The notes beneath the pieces are model-generated. The model saw only the letters and a program-made list of their open reading frames with translations. It was not told where the DNA came from and searched no databases. Below are positions 46,635-59,233 of a stretch of DNA of 64,000 nucleotides, in pieces (within the stretch, counting starts at the first letter, position 1; each line of letters begins with the position of its first letter). Made by a program: the position numbers and the translations under genes. The DNA is from Toensbergia leucococca (Eukaryota), in assembly GCA_022813965.1 (NCBI GenBank), contig JALDZS010000013.1, positions 62,001 to 126,000 of the forward strand, written 5' to 3'.

Positions 46635-48614
46635 AAGCTTACAATAAAATGGTGCGATAGATAATGTGATTCTTAGCATAAATTGTAGCCACATTTTTCT
46701 AGTAAGTAGACTCTCGTGGCTCGAAATATGCCATTGCAGTCACTGGTGGCCATGTCGAAGTCCCCTGAGAGGACTTATTTGCTTGAATCTCATTATCAAG
46801 ACTCTGAGCTAGGGAAGAAGGACCCTGAGTCACGCACAACGCAGGTATCCCTGCAAAGATTATCAGTGTTCCCAGGTAAGATAGGATCGTTTGACGTTCT
46901 GGTCATACGTTCTACATGTGGGCCAATAGCAATCCAGGGTGCAACACCGTTTGGTTGAGACCGGAGAGACGGTAATATTTTGCCCTACCAGGCTGCAAGC
47001 TTCGGCACCGAGTACCTCTTGCATGGGGTTTGCAAGGACACGGAGAGGAGCAAGGCCAAGAAAGAGGAATTCGGATGGAAGCATGACTGCTATTTTACTG
47101 TGACTCGAGTATCTAAAGACATTCAATGTATATAATAGGAGTAGCTTGCGATGTGACTGAGAGCTGAGAGAATACAAAGCAGAAGGGATGGGACTTATGT
47201 ATTCATTGCATCGGGTTGAAAGACTATGACGGCTCGAATGTCATCTCGCCTCAGTGTTTGATTCGAATGAGTCTTTCGAAACTACTTACCAAAATTAAGA
47301 TCGTGTTCTATTCTTGCCAGACGAGAATAGGACATAAATGAGTTGTAAGAGATACACATTCTCGCCTTCCATATCTTTCAAATGAGCAGATCGTCAAATG
47401 TCTCGTAGCCTGGAGTAATTAGATGTATATCAATTCGACCTGATTGGAAGGGGCCGCATCTCGAACGAGAAGTTTGGTGTGGTGTGTATCTGTATCTAAG
47501 GTTCGGGCGCGCTGGATCTCAAGAGGAAGCCTCAGAACAGGTGCCCACTCGCTGGGCAACGCACTAGCTGGACACCAGGCAGTGAAAGTAGTCGTGACGT
47601 AGAACAGGAGAATATCCTGCTATCATGAGGAAGTGCGGCAAGGCCTGATGAGTAATTGAATGGTTCTCTCGGCACTGAAAGGTGTTTAGAAGGATAAACA
47701 AGTCGTCGTGCGGCATTGCAGGTAACACATCCAGTTGATATGATGAGTAGAACTACAAATATACCGATGAGATGATGGAGATAGGACGGCTTAGTCTGGC
47801 CTGTTTCATGCCTTAAAGCTTTGTGTATGTCATGAGGCACTTGCTGTGCCTGATGCGTCGCGTACCGATACACAAAGAAAACTCTGTGTTGCATCAATCA
47901 TGGCCCAAATACCGTATGGTCCAAATATCTCACTTGAAGGTGGAATGACGTGGTGTGATGATTTGCAAGAAGATGTTGGTTGAGAGATGACATATGGTGG
48001 TCAGCGGCGATGAATTTTAAGAGAGGGAATGAGTGAGCTATTCTTGGGTGATGGGATTTGGTGATTGATGGCTGATGCGGTTTATCTAGATACGATGTCG
48101 GAGAAGACGTAGCTATCTTGTTTTCAACCCAGGAGTAGGTGAGTTCAAATATAGATCAGCATATTTCCACGACAGCCAAAATGGTCAATATGTGCGGATC
48201 AAAGTAATCAAGACCAGGCAATCCAACATTCAATGAGAAAAGGTAACACAGCAATGGCTTGGCGGGTCATTGGACCGATGAGACAGAACCAAAACGACCA
48301 ATAATGCGGCACCCCGTGTAAAGAAAGTTTGGTTAGAGAAATAGAGCAAAGAACAGGCAATGAGTTTTGAAGTGCTAGACTAAATGAAAAGCTAATAGAT
48401 AATAGATGATAGATTTGGAGCCTCAATTGTGCTATGTTTAAGCCAAGCGAATACACACAAGATCACAAGAGTTTGAATATCGATCGTGGAATTCCTAATC
48501 ATGAATGGAGTTCATGTCGATAATCTGACACATGCAGCTCAGCCGCAGGATCAACACCCAAATCGGCCAATTCCTGTCAACTCGGAATAGGTCTATTTTT
48601 TGTTGCGCCCTTAG

Positions 48615-48870
48615 GCCTCTCCTTTCTCTTCTCTTGCTCAAGTCATTGTTGCATGATGAGGTACAGTCCTGGTGGTGTGATTCATGAAGGTACCCCTACA
48701 CCGATGCCAATACCTATGCCAATTGCCGTGGTATTTGATTTTGATGACAAAGAAGAAGGTGCTGCTATTATGGAGGATTTTGATGCTGATGTGGGTCGAG
48801 GGGTGGAAAGCGAGGACGCCGATTGCGCTAATGACTTAGGTTTTACCTACGGAGTAGGTTTGTAAGCCCT
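48615..48870 (-). pseudogene. Relic of a Ser/Thr-rich single-pass membrane protein
   Basis: Minus frame reads S/T-rich stalk, then SNTTAIGIGIGIGVGVPS*, then basic EKRK, with in-frame stops. Confidence 0.4.
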
Positions 48871-49343
48871 AATGCCAAGCCTCCAAATCATCTTCCCACC
48901 AATGAAACCGGCACCAGGATGACATTTTGGCGTGTAGGAAATCTTTTCTTCGGGCTTGACGATACCTTGTGCTTCGAGTTCACTATTATTGCTCCAGGGT
49001 TCAAAGCATTAATTCTGCTAATGAAGAATAAATGTTGATATTCATGCTGTCCATTGGCGTCTGAGCTAGATTGTTACCTAGCCTAGTATTTGTATTCGCA
49101 GGTAGACCTACTTCCATGAGAACCAGATGGAAGGGTTGTGGTACTTCAGGATCGAAGTCATTATCTACCATTGCTCGCCATGGCAGGAAATGGCATTTCA
49201 AAATAACGAATGGCTTGTAGTTACAAGTACATGTAGTGAGATCGAGGTCACTTTAACACAAGCTTTCATGATAGAACAACCGGTACAATCACACATGGCC
49301 TATCTGTTTCACGAAGCACTGATTTGATCATCTCGAAATTGTC

Positions 49344-51099
49344 ATGACCTCAGAAGGGGTTGAACATCTGCTTATAGAATCGCCATTGTCTTCCAACTTA
49401 CCACCTAATCTACTAAGCTATACAACTTCTCCACCAGCAGCTGTATCCATGACCGAATTCAATACTATCTTGCTAGACACAGATCATTCGCTCGCCGATC
49501 AAAAAACAGATACCAATCCTTCATCACCTACCATCACGCCAACCTTGTCCAAAATTGGCAAACGCACCGCAGAATCAGATTCAAATGTAATATCCAAAAT
49601 CGAAGCTGTTTTCGAAGCAATCGTCGACACTCTCCTTGAAGATGGCGACAAGCTTTCGATCTCTATCAGAGTCAAAAATTCCACGACCAGTTCAATCCTG
49701 GATTTTCGAGATGGTACTGAGATACCGTCCGAAATTCGGCAGGTAACTTATCCTGGAGGTACACCACAGGAAGCTTGGAGATTTAGTAGGCTCGTTGCTT
49801 TTTGAAGAGACATGCAAAGGTGCTGATGAGACATTCAGCTGTGATCTACCGAATCTTGGAACTCATTCATGAAGCTTTGAGTAGTAATGTCGTTATCTCA
49901 AAGAGGTACCGTAGGCCTTCTTCTGCCTCAGAACAAGGAAGGGTAGCTTTACGACAACGACTCTCGTTCCTGCTGACGATATCTTGCAACAGAAACATCT
50001 ATTACAGAGATCCTGCTTTGTTCAAGAAACAGAGTGTGGTAGATCGGTATGTTGACATCTTAGCATTCACTTTCGGTGTCCAAAGGGCTGCGCTGAATGT
50101 TGTTGGTTTTCCTAATGCCATTATAGTACTCGTTCAATAATGCTGACGTTTGCTGCTCATAAAGATTGCTGTTTCGAAAGGCCTTATTGCTGGAATATTC
50201 ACACTGAATTATACTAATGGTACTATCGTCGACGGAGCCTCTGATTCCAAGGTTAGAACTGTGCTTCACTGAATCTAACTCCGAATAGTGATTGGGATAG
50301 GGACTATCCGTGGCCCACATCAATGACATCGAGTCCATTGATATATCCACTGTGTCTTGGATCCTCATCATCGAAAAGGATGTCAGTACCCTACTCGACT
50401 TCACACCCATGCACCCTGAAAACATCCCTAATAACATCCCAGTCTATTTTCCAGTCTCTGGCATCCAGCAGATTTTACCAAAGATCAATAGCAGGAAACG
50501 GTATCCTCATCACAGTAAGCCCCATCTTAACCAAGAGGACCCGAAGAACCATATGGGACTCACCAAAACAGGCAAAAGGCTACCCCGATATCTCCACTCG
50601 AGCCTTCCTCCACCACCTCTCTCCCACAAGCACCATGAAATCAACCCAACCACCAATCTACGCCCTCATGGACTTCGACCCCGACGGCATCGCCATAATG
50701 TCAACGTACAAATACGGCTCCTGGCAACTCGCCCACGAAAACGCCATGCTCAACGTGCCCTCACTGCGCTGGCTGGGTCTCCAAAGGGATGACCTGTACG
50801 ACGATGACACCGTTGACGAGAGCACAGGTTTGCTTCACTTGACGGCCAGAGATCGCAGAAAAGCGATGAAGATGCTGGAAAGGGGTGTTTATGCCGAAGA
50901 CGGACCGGAACTGGAGTGGAGGAGAGCTTTGCAGGTAATGCTGGTGTTGAATGTGAAAGCGGAAATCGAGTTGTTGGAGGAACGAGAGGGAGGACTGAGG
51001 GCGTGGTTGGGCAAACGGCTGCTTGAGGTAGTTGGCTGTGGAAAAGGACGCGTGGTGGGACAGAGGATGGAGAGGAACGAAGGCTGTAGAATCGCTTGA
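49344..51099 (+). CDS. SPO11: Meiotic double-strand-break transesterase Spo11; multi-exon
   Basis: KR|NIYYRDPALF (catalytic Tyr), ALNV|IAVSKGLIAG, IIEKD, KGYPDISTRAFL, DFDPDGIAIM, NVKAEIE. Confidence 0.93.
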
Positions 51100-51448
51100 G
51101 TCGAGAAAAGGAATCTTGCTTGATAGGAGAATGCAGAGATCTCGGGTGGAGATGGAAGAAAAACAAGCATTCAATCGCTGATGCTGGTAGACATATGAAC
51201 AAAGGAGGCGCAAAACCTTAATCACCTCAAAAAGGACCCCGTGACCTGTAATCGGAATGGAAATAGCAAACAGATGCTTGCAAGACTTGGAAGCAGAGAA
51301 GCCTTTCCGCAACCAAGCCCCCAAAAAACCCAACACCTCTAACCCACAGCCCATCTCCCAAAAACCCACCCATCCCCAAAACCCCCCCCCCCCCACAAAC
51401 CCCCGCTCCTCCATCCCACGAACCAATTGGACCCCACAAGCCCCCCCT

Positions 51449-52064
51449 TCAAAGCCCCAACCCCCTCCTAACCCCCTCCCGAACAACCCGCTCATACTCC
51501 CCCCTCCTCTCCCTCCACATCTTCGCCGCCTCCACATTCGCCGGACTCTCATCATTCGGCTCCGCCAGCATACTCATCACACTGATCAAAATCTTCTCCA
51601 CGCTCTGAATCGGACTCCACCGCTCCGACGCCGACTCATAATGATTCGGATCATCGCCCGGCGCATGCAAGATCGAAATGCACACCAGACCCGTCGGATA
51701 AACTAAACCCCCTCCAAAAATCAGCCCCCCCAGCTCATAAACCACTTCTGCCCGCCGGGGGCGAAAAGGCGCTATAAAAAAAGGGAAAGGGGAGGGGGGG
51801 ATTGTATGTACCATTAGGATGCCACACCTCGCACAAAAACCGCATCGTCGGCGGCGCCAGCGGATAATCTTTCGGAAAGCGCAACTCGGCGGGGAAAAGG
51901 CCGCCTTCAAAGGGCGTGTCTTCGGGGCCTTGGATCAGCGCTTCCCAGACGAAGATGTCGTCTTCAGAGACCGGGCCCGCGGTTATGCCGTCCGGGGGCG
52001 CGGAGGTGAGGAGGCGGTATTCGTGGAAGAGGCGCCTGGAGGCGATGGAGGTTGGGGTTGCCAT
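51449..52064 (-). CDS. UBC7: Ubiquitin-conjugating enzyme Ubc7; intron 51703-51811
   Basis: [53 protein letters not shown] (acidic loop insertion). Confidence 0.95.
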
Positions 52065-52447
52065 TTTTTCTTCTTTTTTTTGGGGGGGGGCAGTTTGGTT
52101 TGTTTGGCTTGTGCGGTGCGAGGGGGGGGGGTGGTTTTTGGGGGCGTTTTGTGGGGTGTTGGGGAGGGGTGGAGGTTGTAGATTGGAGGATTGGTGAATT
52201 TATGGTTGAGAAGTTGGTGCTTGGCTACTACCTACGTCGTTAGGAGCTTTCGTGCTGACAAAGACGCCTTATTCCTTCAATTCACATGGACAACCCAAGG
52301 AAACTTTTCAAATTTAGCTGAAATCATTCTTTTCTTTGTTGCCAAAAGTTCTATATATATATACAACTGTTACGGTCTACATTTACAAGTCTACACGCCT
52401 GCCCTAAAAGCCCAAACACCATCGCTAATAGACGCAAGACGAAGCAT

Positions 52448-54169
52448 TTAGTCGTCTCCTCCGAGCATATCTTGCAACCAACTACCCCAGTCGCTTCCTC
52501 CCCCATCTCCACCACCACTATCCCCACTCCCACCTCCTTGGCCACCAGTCCAAGATTCTGTTCCTTCACCCCACACCTCCTCACCTGGCTCAAGCGGACC
52601 CCGTTCTGGCGGCGCTTGCCCGGCTCCAAAGCCCGATGAGTCTGACTGGCCAGCAGTCGGAGACGCATCATCTCCATAAGCCCCTCGTTGCATGGCCTCA
52701 TATCCAGCCATCGTTCCAGCGCCTGCAACGGCGCCCTCACCTACTCCTGCACCTTGGGTCGCACGACCTACAGCACCGGCAGCTCCTTCGCCTCCTACTG
52801 CTCCAGCTCCAGCTTCGCCAGCTGCGGCACCCCCTGCTACTTCTCCGCCACCTGGGAACCACAAAGGCATGAACCCGAACGCGCCACCACCAGAGCCGCT
52901 CTTACGACTGAAGTAGTCGAAATCTATACTCACAGCTGTGGCAAGCATAACAGCTCGCTGGTCAAGCGTCATGCCCATTTTCGGATCATCGTAGGCTGTC
53001 TGGCTGGCTTCACCGGTCTTGGAGATCAAATGACGAGGTTCTTCTGCTAAACCTGCTGCGTCCATGCGAAGAGCGTAGATACCCGTATCAGTGAATATTT
53101 CGCGGCCAAAGCCTGCAAAATTACGATTCACAGAACCAATGAGGCGGTCATCAGCGGAGCGAAGAGAAAAGTCCCAAGACAAGAATGGCTCGTCAACGAA
53201 GGCGAATTGACCGTATTGGGCCTCACCGTTGTCTTTGGAAGCCTTTGAGACCTGTAGCTGTTGGGAATCAGACAGAGGCAGATCTCCTGACGCGATTCGT
53301 TGGGTGCCAAGGTCTGTTTCCGGGTTCGGTGGTTCTCGGTACAGAAATAGGTTGTATTGACGACGCAGAGGACGCCATTGCTGTTGAGCTTCTCCGATGA
53401 CACGCATATCTTCTAGTGCTAACGGTGATATTTGCGCTGATGTCTGATTGATCTCGGAGGACAAAGAGCCAGGTGTGGTCCCTTGTAGCGCTGTTGAGGA
53501 AGAGTAGGAGCCGTTTGCTACTTCTAGAGGGTTGTAGATGCGGATGCGGGAGGATATCCACGAGAAAGGCCTGTGTATCCGTAAAACCTCTTTTTCGTTC
53601 TTGTCAAAAACATGTGAAACAAAACTCCTGTGTGTCCTGAACATTTGCCGAGTCATCATATTTCCCATGCCCAGATCTCGCTCAGCAATGTAGCCGATGT
53701 GTTCGCCTTGTGGATTCAATATCAGGTATTTATTGGCCTGTTCGAATCCAAGCATGACGTTCATTAGCTCAAGCTGCCTTTGCACCACGATGGCGGAGTT
53801 TGACAAGATGCTGGCGGCCGGATGGCGTTCGTTGAGTAGGCCATTGGGATCTTCGGGAATATATACAGGCGATAAAAGGTTATTTTCCTGAGTATTCGTG
53901 TCTCTCAATGCATCAGAAACACTTTTAGGTGATGATGGCTGATCTTCCTGGGGTTGGGGAGGACTTTCAGGCTGCTTTTGGGGTCCTTGCTGTGACGAAT
54001 ACAATGGGCGCGACACAGTTTTACGTAGGCCTCGAGGTGGTTTGGTGGCAAGGCTCGCTCGAAAAAGCTTTGACGACGAGAGTATGTAAGTTTTGGACGA
54101 GCCTCTAAGAGCAGGGGAGGCTCTGACTAGAGATACTGACGGCGGCCGTAATGCCTTGGATAAAGGCAT
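52448..54169 (-). CDS. AIM25: Phospholipid scramblase family protein, Aim25-like
   Basis: Presequence-like N-terminus, RQLELMNVMLGFEQANKY, RQMFRTHRSF, GREIFTDTG, DQRAVMLATAVSIDFDYFSR, Gly-rich tail. Confidence 0.85.
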   Translation of the reverse strand: MPLSKALRPPSVSLVRASPALRGSSKTYILSSSKLFRASLATKPPRGLRKTVSRPLYSSQQGPQKQPESPPQPQEDQPSSPKSVSDALRDTNTQENNLLSPVYIPEDPNGLLNERHPAASILSNSAIVVQRQLELMNVMLGFEQANKYLILNPQGEHIGYIAERDLGMGNMMTRQMFRTHRSFVSHVFDKNEKEVLRIHRPFSWISSRIRIYNPLEVANGSYSSSTALQGTTPGSLSSEINQTSAQISPLALEDMRVIGEAQQQWRPLRRQYNLFLYREPPNPETDLGTQRIASGDLPLSDSQQLQVSKASKDNGEAQYGQFAFVDEPFLSWDFSLRSADDRLIGSVNRNFAGFGREIFTDTGIYALRMDAAGLAEEPRHLISKTGEASQTAYDDPKMGMTLDQRAVMLATAVSIDFDYFSRKSGSGGGAFGFMPLWFPGGGEVAGGAAAGEAGAGAVGGEGAAGAVGRATQGAGVGEGAVAGAGTMAGYEAMQRGAYGDDASPTAGQSDSSGFGAGQAPPERGPLEPGEEVWGEGTESWTGGQGGGSGDSGGGDGGGSDWGSWLQDMLGGDD

Positions 54170-54619
54170 GATAGCCAGTAGGATGTAGAATATTCCCAGC
54201 CCTTACAAGTGATGTCGAAGTGGATGGGCGAACGAACAGCTAAGATTGCTGGCCGTATATTAGAATACGCGATGATGCCTGCTAGCGCTGGCGATCATTG
54301 TATCTCCAGCCGCCGCTAATCAAGTCACAATATCAACATCCCGCATCAACTGATTTACTTTCATTTCTTGTATGGAACACGAGGGGACCTATCACTGCAT
54401 GATGCTTGAAGAGCTGCGTACACTAGATTACTCGGTACACCAAATCAAGGAAAGTCGAAGAGACCGAGTCTCTCCAAGGGTCTATCCGTACCAACATGGC
54501 GACTATCTAGCCTATCCAAAGCTGGGAATCAAGATGAATCAAGCCCGTTCAATCACAACCCTGTAACGCCTGATTCCCAGGAAAGTAGCGATAAGAGTCC
54601 GCGATCAAGTCCCGAGAGT

Positions 54620-55045
54620 GTGAAGACCATGCATAGGCCAGCTTTTCCCAAGTCGAAGACAGCGCCGATTCTACCAGATCCGAGCAAGGTAGCGCTCGAC
54701 ACATCAGACCGGACAGACCTGTTCAAGTACAAATCAAGACCACCAACGTCCCCAGAAATCAGGCTTTTGGACATAGAGCTCGACTTATTCTCAGAACCCC
54801 TGCACTGCAATATCTCTCATGCGCCGTTGGATGATCTCCCGGACTACCATGCTCTTTCTTATACGCGGGCCGATCAAAAGCTTGTGAAGACCATTACGTG
54901 CAATAGTAATCGAAAGACACTCTCAATTACCAACAAACTTGCAATTGCGCTTCGAAATGTACGTTTGAAATATTCACCGAGGACCCTTTAGGTAGATGCT
55001 ATTTGTATAAACCAACTAAATCCCCAGGAACGTTGTCAACATCAT
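54620..55045 (+). pseudogene. HET domain (heterokaryon incompatibility) gene relic
   Basis: EIRLLDI..LHCNI..DYHALSYTRA..ITNKLAIALRNVR..RTL*VDAICINQ..ERCQ; both conserved Trp lost; sequence truncated. Confidence 0.85.
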
Positions 55046-55149
55046 ATAATCAGCAATCATAACAATTAATCGACTACCGAGAATCGACAGCAATCACTCC
55101 ATCGGCAGTAGAATATTTCAAGTCGTACCCCTCTTCTTTCCTCATCACG

Positions 55150-55584
55150 ATGAGTCAACCAATGAATCATGGACTATTCCACCGACGCAAAATTGACAAA
55201 ATAGTGCGTCGTCAACATAGTAAGAATTCAGTGAAGCTGAATAGAGCCAAAGATCCTGCAAGCGGCGTATTAAGCCCTCTACATGACACTTGGAAACCTT
55301 TAAGCAGTTTGTGGAACCCTCTAAGAGGCGAGTGGGATCTTGTGAGCGGCACGTGGAAGCTCCAAAGAGATGCAAGGGGTTTTCCAATCCGTGAGTGGGG
55401 CTATCCAGGTCGCGAATGGGAATGTCCAAGCAGCACGATGAATTCTTGTTTCAACGCACAGAGCTACCTTGAAAACAAAGCTTGGAAAGCTCAGAAAAGG
55501 AAGGAGAAGAAACAAGCCTTGCAAGAAAAAATAGATAGAAAAATCAAAAAGATCGAAACTGAGAAGAGCTTAAATGTCAATTGA
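55150..55584 (+). CDS. Hypothetical protein, possibly degraded
   Basis: 144-aa ORF with Trp-rich core and Lys-rich tail; no domain recognised. Confidence 0.25.
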   Translation: MSQPMNHGLFHRRKIDKIVRRQHSKNSVKLNRAKDPASGVLSPLHDTWKPLSSLWNPLRGEWDLVSGTWKLQRDARGFPIREWGYPGREWECPSSTMNSCFNAQSYLENKAWKAQKRKEKKQALQEKIDRKIKKIETEKSLNVN

Positions 55585-56139
55585 AACACTGGAGAAAGGC
55601 AGAAAAGACTGAAAGAGATTCAGCGCGAGATGAAATAGGAGACGGCATTCATCAGGGATATCGGTAGGGTCTTGTACACTAGTAGAAGGTTGGTACTAGA
55701 AGAATCAAGATTTCTAGGTGTTTGAGCTTTCAGAGTGTGACTTTGTACACGGATTTGAATTTGTTCTGGGTACCTTCGCTAAATTCTAATGTTTACTCAC
55801 ATGCTTGTCTAGTTTTTTTCAACAAGCGTGTAAACCTTGCTTGAAGAAGTTTGTTTCCTTTTGGGGTCTTTCATGTAGGTACTATCTTCTTTAGGAGAAG
55901 CTCCGGGAACCTCTACACGTTTCTGGTACTTCTTCTATGTCAACTTATCACTTCTGACCAAAAGCTCATCCGGAGACAGAAGAGATTGTGAGACTACATC
56001 CATTCTATCACAATATTCACAATCTCGCACATTCATTCAAGCAAAGTGTGACATGCTCTTTTCAAGCTACTTTACACCCATAGCTCAATATTCACCAGCT
56101 ATTACATTCCCAAAGACTATGAATAAGTACTAGTGTCTC

Positions 56140-56402
56140 TCATCCACGGGTACTTAAGAAACTCTTCTGCACCCCTCTGACTTTTCCTTGCTTTCTTTCA
56201 TAGAAGATAAACCTTTAGGTGGCCTGAAGAAGCTTTCATTCAATTCACGATGCCCACCTGTTGTAAATCTTCATCCGCGGGTACTTAAGAGTCACTTCTG
56301 CATCTCTCTGACTTTTCCTTTCTTTCTTTCATATAAGACAAACCTTTTGGTGGCCTGAAGAAGCTCTCATTCAACTTACGATGCCCACCTGTTATAAAAT
56401 CT
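56140..56402 (+). repeat. Tandem direct repeat, 2 x ~131 bp
   Basis: catcc(a/g)cgggtacttaaga...ggtggcctgaagaagct...gatgcccacctgtt starts at 56141 and again at 56272. Confidence 0.92.
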
Positions 56403-57399
56403 AATACGATCATAGTTGCCGTGTGTGGACTCAATGATTATCAAGACAATGCTGCTCCTGAGCATGACGGATGGTTCCTCTCTCACTTTTAGTTGTTCTG
56501 CCACTTGTTTCAAGGTACTGCCGCCACGCAATATTGGCTCAAACACGTGAAACGGTGAAGTTGGTTGAGAAGTATAAAGAATTTGCACATGGGGATCCGA
56601 GATTGAGTGAAAGAAGAGTCATCCTTACCCTTACCCATATATATATTTTTCCAATACATCGACACATACAGGGCTCACTCTCTATTCAACAAACAAGACA
56701 TTCTCTTTCAATATGGAGCCGTCCTTAGATTGGATACAAATCATGCCTTCTCCTTCTCTATAATCTCAACAAGAAAGAGGCTGCAGCGGAAGCGAATACC
56801 ACTTCTCCTTCGATATCAAGTCTCTTTACGCCATTCTCTCGGCGGGTTTCCCAAAGCTTCACCCTTATATACTCAACTCCTCGTCCATGTGTTGTGCTCT
56901 CTCTTCTGTGCTATCTGGTATCCAGCTCTACCACTTGCCCAACTCATCACTCAAGAAAGGGCGTCAAATTACTCTCCGCTTCCTCAAAGGGCTGGCCTCA
57001 GCAGGAAAAGAGTTCCCGGTCTCGTCACTTCGTCACGTCCTGTTCTAAAACCTCTCGTCAACTCCGCCCTACGATAAGCATGCCTTCTATACCCGCGCAT
57101 CCTGCTGTGCATGGTCACTCCTTTACTGGCTGCAATTGTCTAAACGTTGATACATCTATCTACTCCATGTGTGAATACCAGCTTCTCTGCCTGTACCAGC
57201 ACATGCATGGAGCTTTCTTGGAGGTGACGCAAAATTGGATCCAACCAAAAGCCCTTGAGGATATAAGATGACGGCGACTTCAATAATAATGAAATCGAAG
57301 CCGACTACGCAACACAGACCGCACAACTTTTCTTTACTAAGCATCTCCATCCTCCCATCCCAAGAATCCAAGTATCCCGTCCCTCATTCCGCCAGTTCT

Positions 57400-58491
57400 C
57401 CTTTCCAACACCAAAAATGCCACTTGATACTGGAGACTCGTGGCACGCCAAAGAGGCTCCACGTTTCTGAATTCCGCTGCGACAAACGCGGCCTCATCGC
57501 CTGTCCTTATTGCGCCAACCAAGGACAGCCATGCTTGGCGGTATGAACCCTACAGTAACCCGCAGTGAGAAGTGTTAGTAGATCAGGTACCTGCTCCGTT
57601 CATCTCCGAAGTGAACCGACTCCTTGAGCTACGCGATTAAGACTGGGTACGAAGTTTGAAAGCAGATTGTTTCAAGATGACAACCAAAGATTGTGCGGAT
57701 GGCTATGTACTATGGAGTGGGCGATGCAGAAACGGCAGAACTACGAGTCCAACCATCGATTTGCATGGTTCACGGGTGCTAAGAGCATTGAAGATAACAC
57801 GGACCACAGCCTTGAACCAAGACGGTCTACTCTGGCTGGGGAGATTGTGGCCTTCAAGGATCAGAAACATGTTGTATTCTGTGGCTTGGAGCTTTACACA
57901 AGAACCCAAGATCGGAATACTTTGTCCTCAAGCTCATTATCAGGATCACTCACCGCCTTTTTAGTGCCTGTGTCAGATCAACTTCATCTGAGTAGAAGTG
58001 CAAGGAAATGTATCATGCCAGGACAGTACCCCATCATACGCTGGCTGTCAAGATATCTTCCAGACCTGTCAGTTCCCTCATGCCTTTTCCTGACCGGCTT
58101 TTTTTCATGTCACACTGCGCTTCCCTGTCTTCCGCTTCTGCTGACACCTGAGGGGTTTTCTTCCCCGCAGATGTGGGTATATGACCCAGCATTTGTCCTA
58201 AATGACGCTCCTGTCTTTGAGCACAATGACACCAACCCCAAACGTTTCAACACCATCTCTGGGTGGGCCCTCCTGCGAAAGCTAAGGGATGAGATTCAAG
58301 TCAAGGGTTGTGCAGCCATTACCAAGGTCTGGGCTGGTGGGGGGAACAATACAGACGGACAGTGTCGACTAATGGCCTGTCAATGGATTGTCAATGAGAT
58401 CATCAAGATCATAGACCCAGAAGCAAGGGAGCTTAAGGAGATTGTGAGAGAGGAGGAATGGGTGCCTTCATTCATTTGTTGTCATTCATGA
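57400..58491 (+). pseudogene. Cys-rich motif followed by a candidate clan CE-like cysteine protease region, disrupted
   Basis: CDKRGLIACPYCANQGQPCLA|VPAPFISEVN (intron 57541-57586), stop, then KHVVFCGL..WVYDP..GGNNTDGQCRLMACQWI. Confidence 0.4.
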
Positions 58492-59233
58492 TCAAGCAAT
58501 GATTGAGGTTTTGAGATCAGTAAAAGAATAAAAAAGGCGTCTATGCTAAGGAGCGAGAGACAATACGACCTTTCAAATGAATTCCTAAATGACTATCTTC
58601 TTTCGCCTGCGACATACTTTCAGCTGGCCTTCGCTGCCTCCGCTCTTGCCTCCGCTGCCGCCGCGCTGCCTAAATCAGACCCGTTGAATAACGACGTGAA
58701 GCATGCTGTCACTGCCGCAATCTTGTGAGTGAACTTATGAGACAATTATTGAGATCTGTGAAAGATGTTCTATCACAGTATGAAGATGATGACCTGTTAC
58801 ACTTCAGGTACAAACATTGAGCGGGATTCTAAACTTAATAAGAGAGTCGAGACGCAAATAATCCCGCGGTCATTGACGGTATTTGCCTACTAGGGGTTGT
58901 GTCTGGGAGCCATATAAGTTTATAAGATATGGTATCCAAACGCAACCCCTAAACTTACCTTAGGAACAGTCAGAACTTCTCAACAAGTTAAACTCAATGT
59001 TGCACTTCATCTTGCAAAGCTGAAGAGTAACGCTGAATTAGGAGGTTCGATTGAGATCGGTGTTTTTAAGGCAAGCTGTCACTGGTGTCATCCTGAAGCC
59101 TGCCATCCCTAAGCCTGCCTGAACGAGAACCAGGAGCTTGGAACTCATGTCTACTGAAATAGAAGACATCTTCTGAATCGCGTTACGTGACGCGCGCCTG
59201 CAACGATATCTACATGAGCCTAGAGCATCGGGC

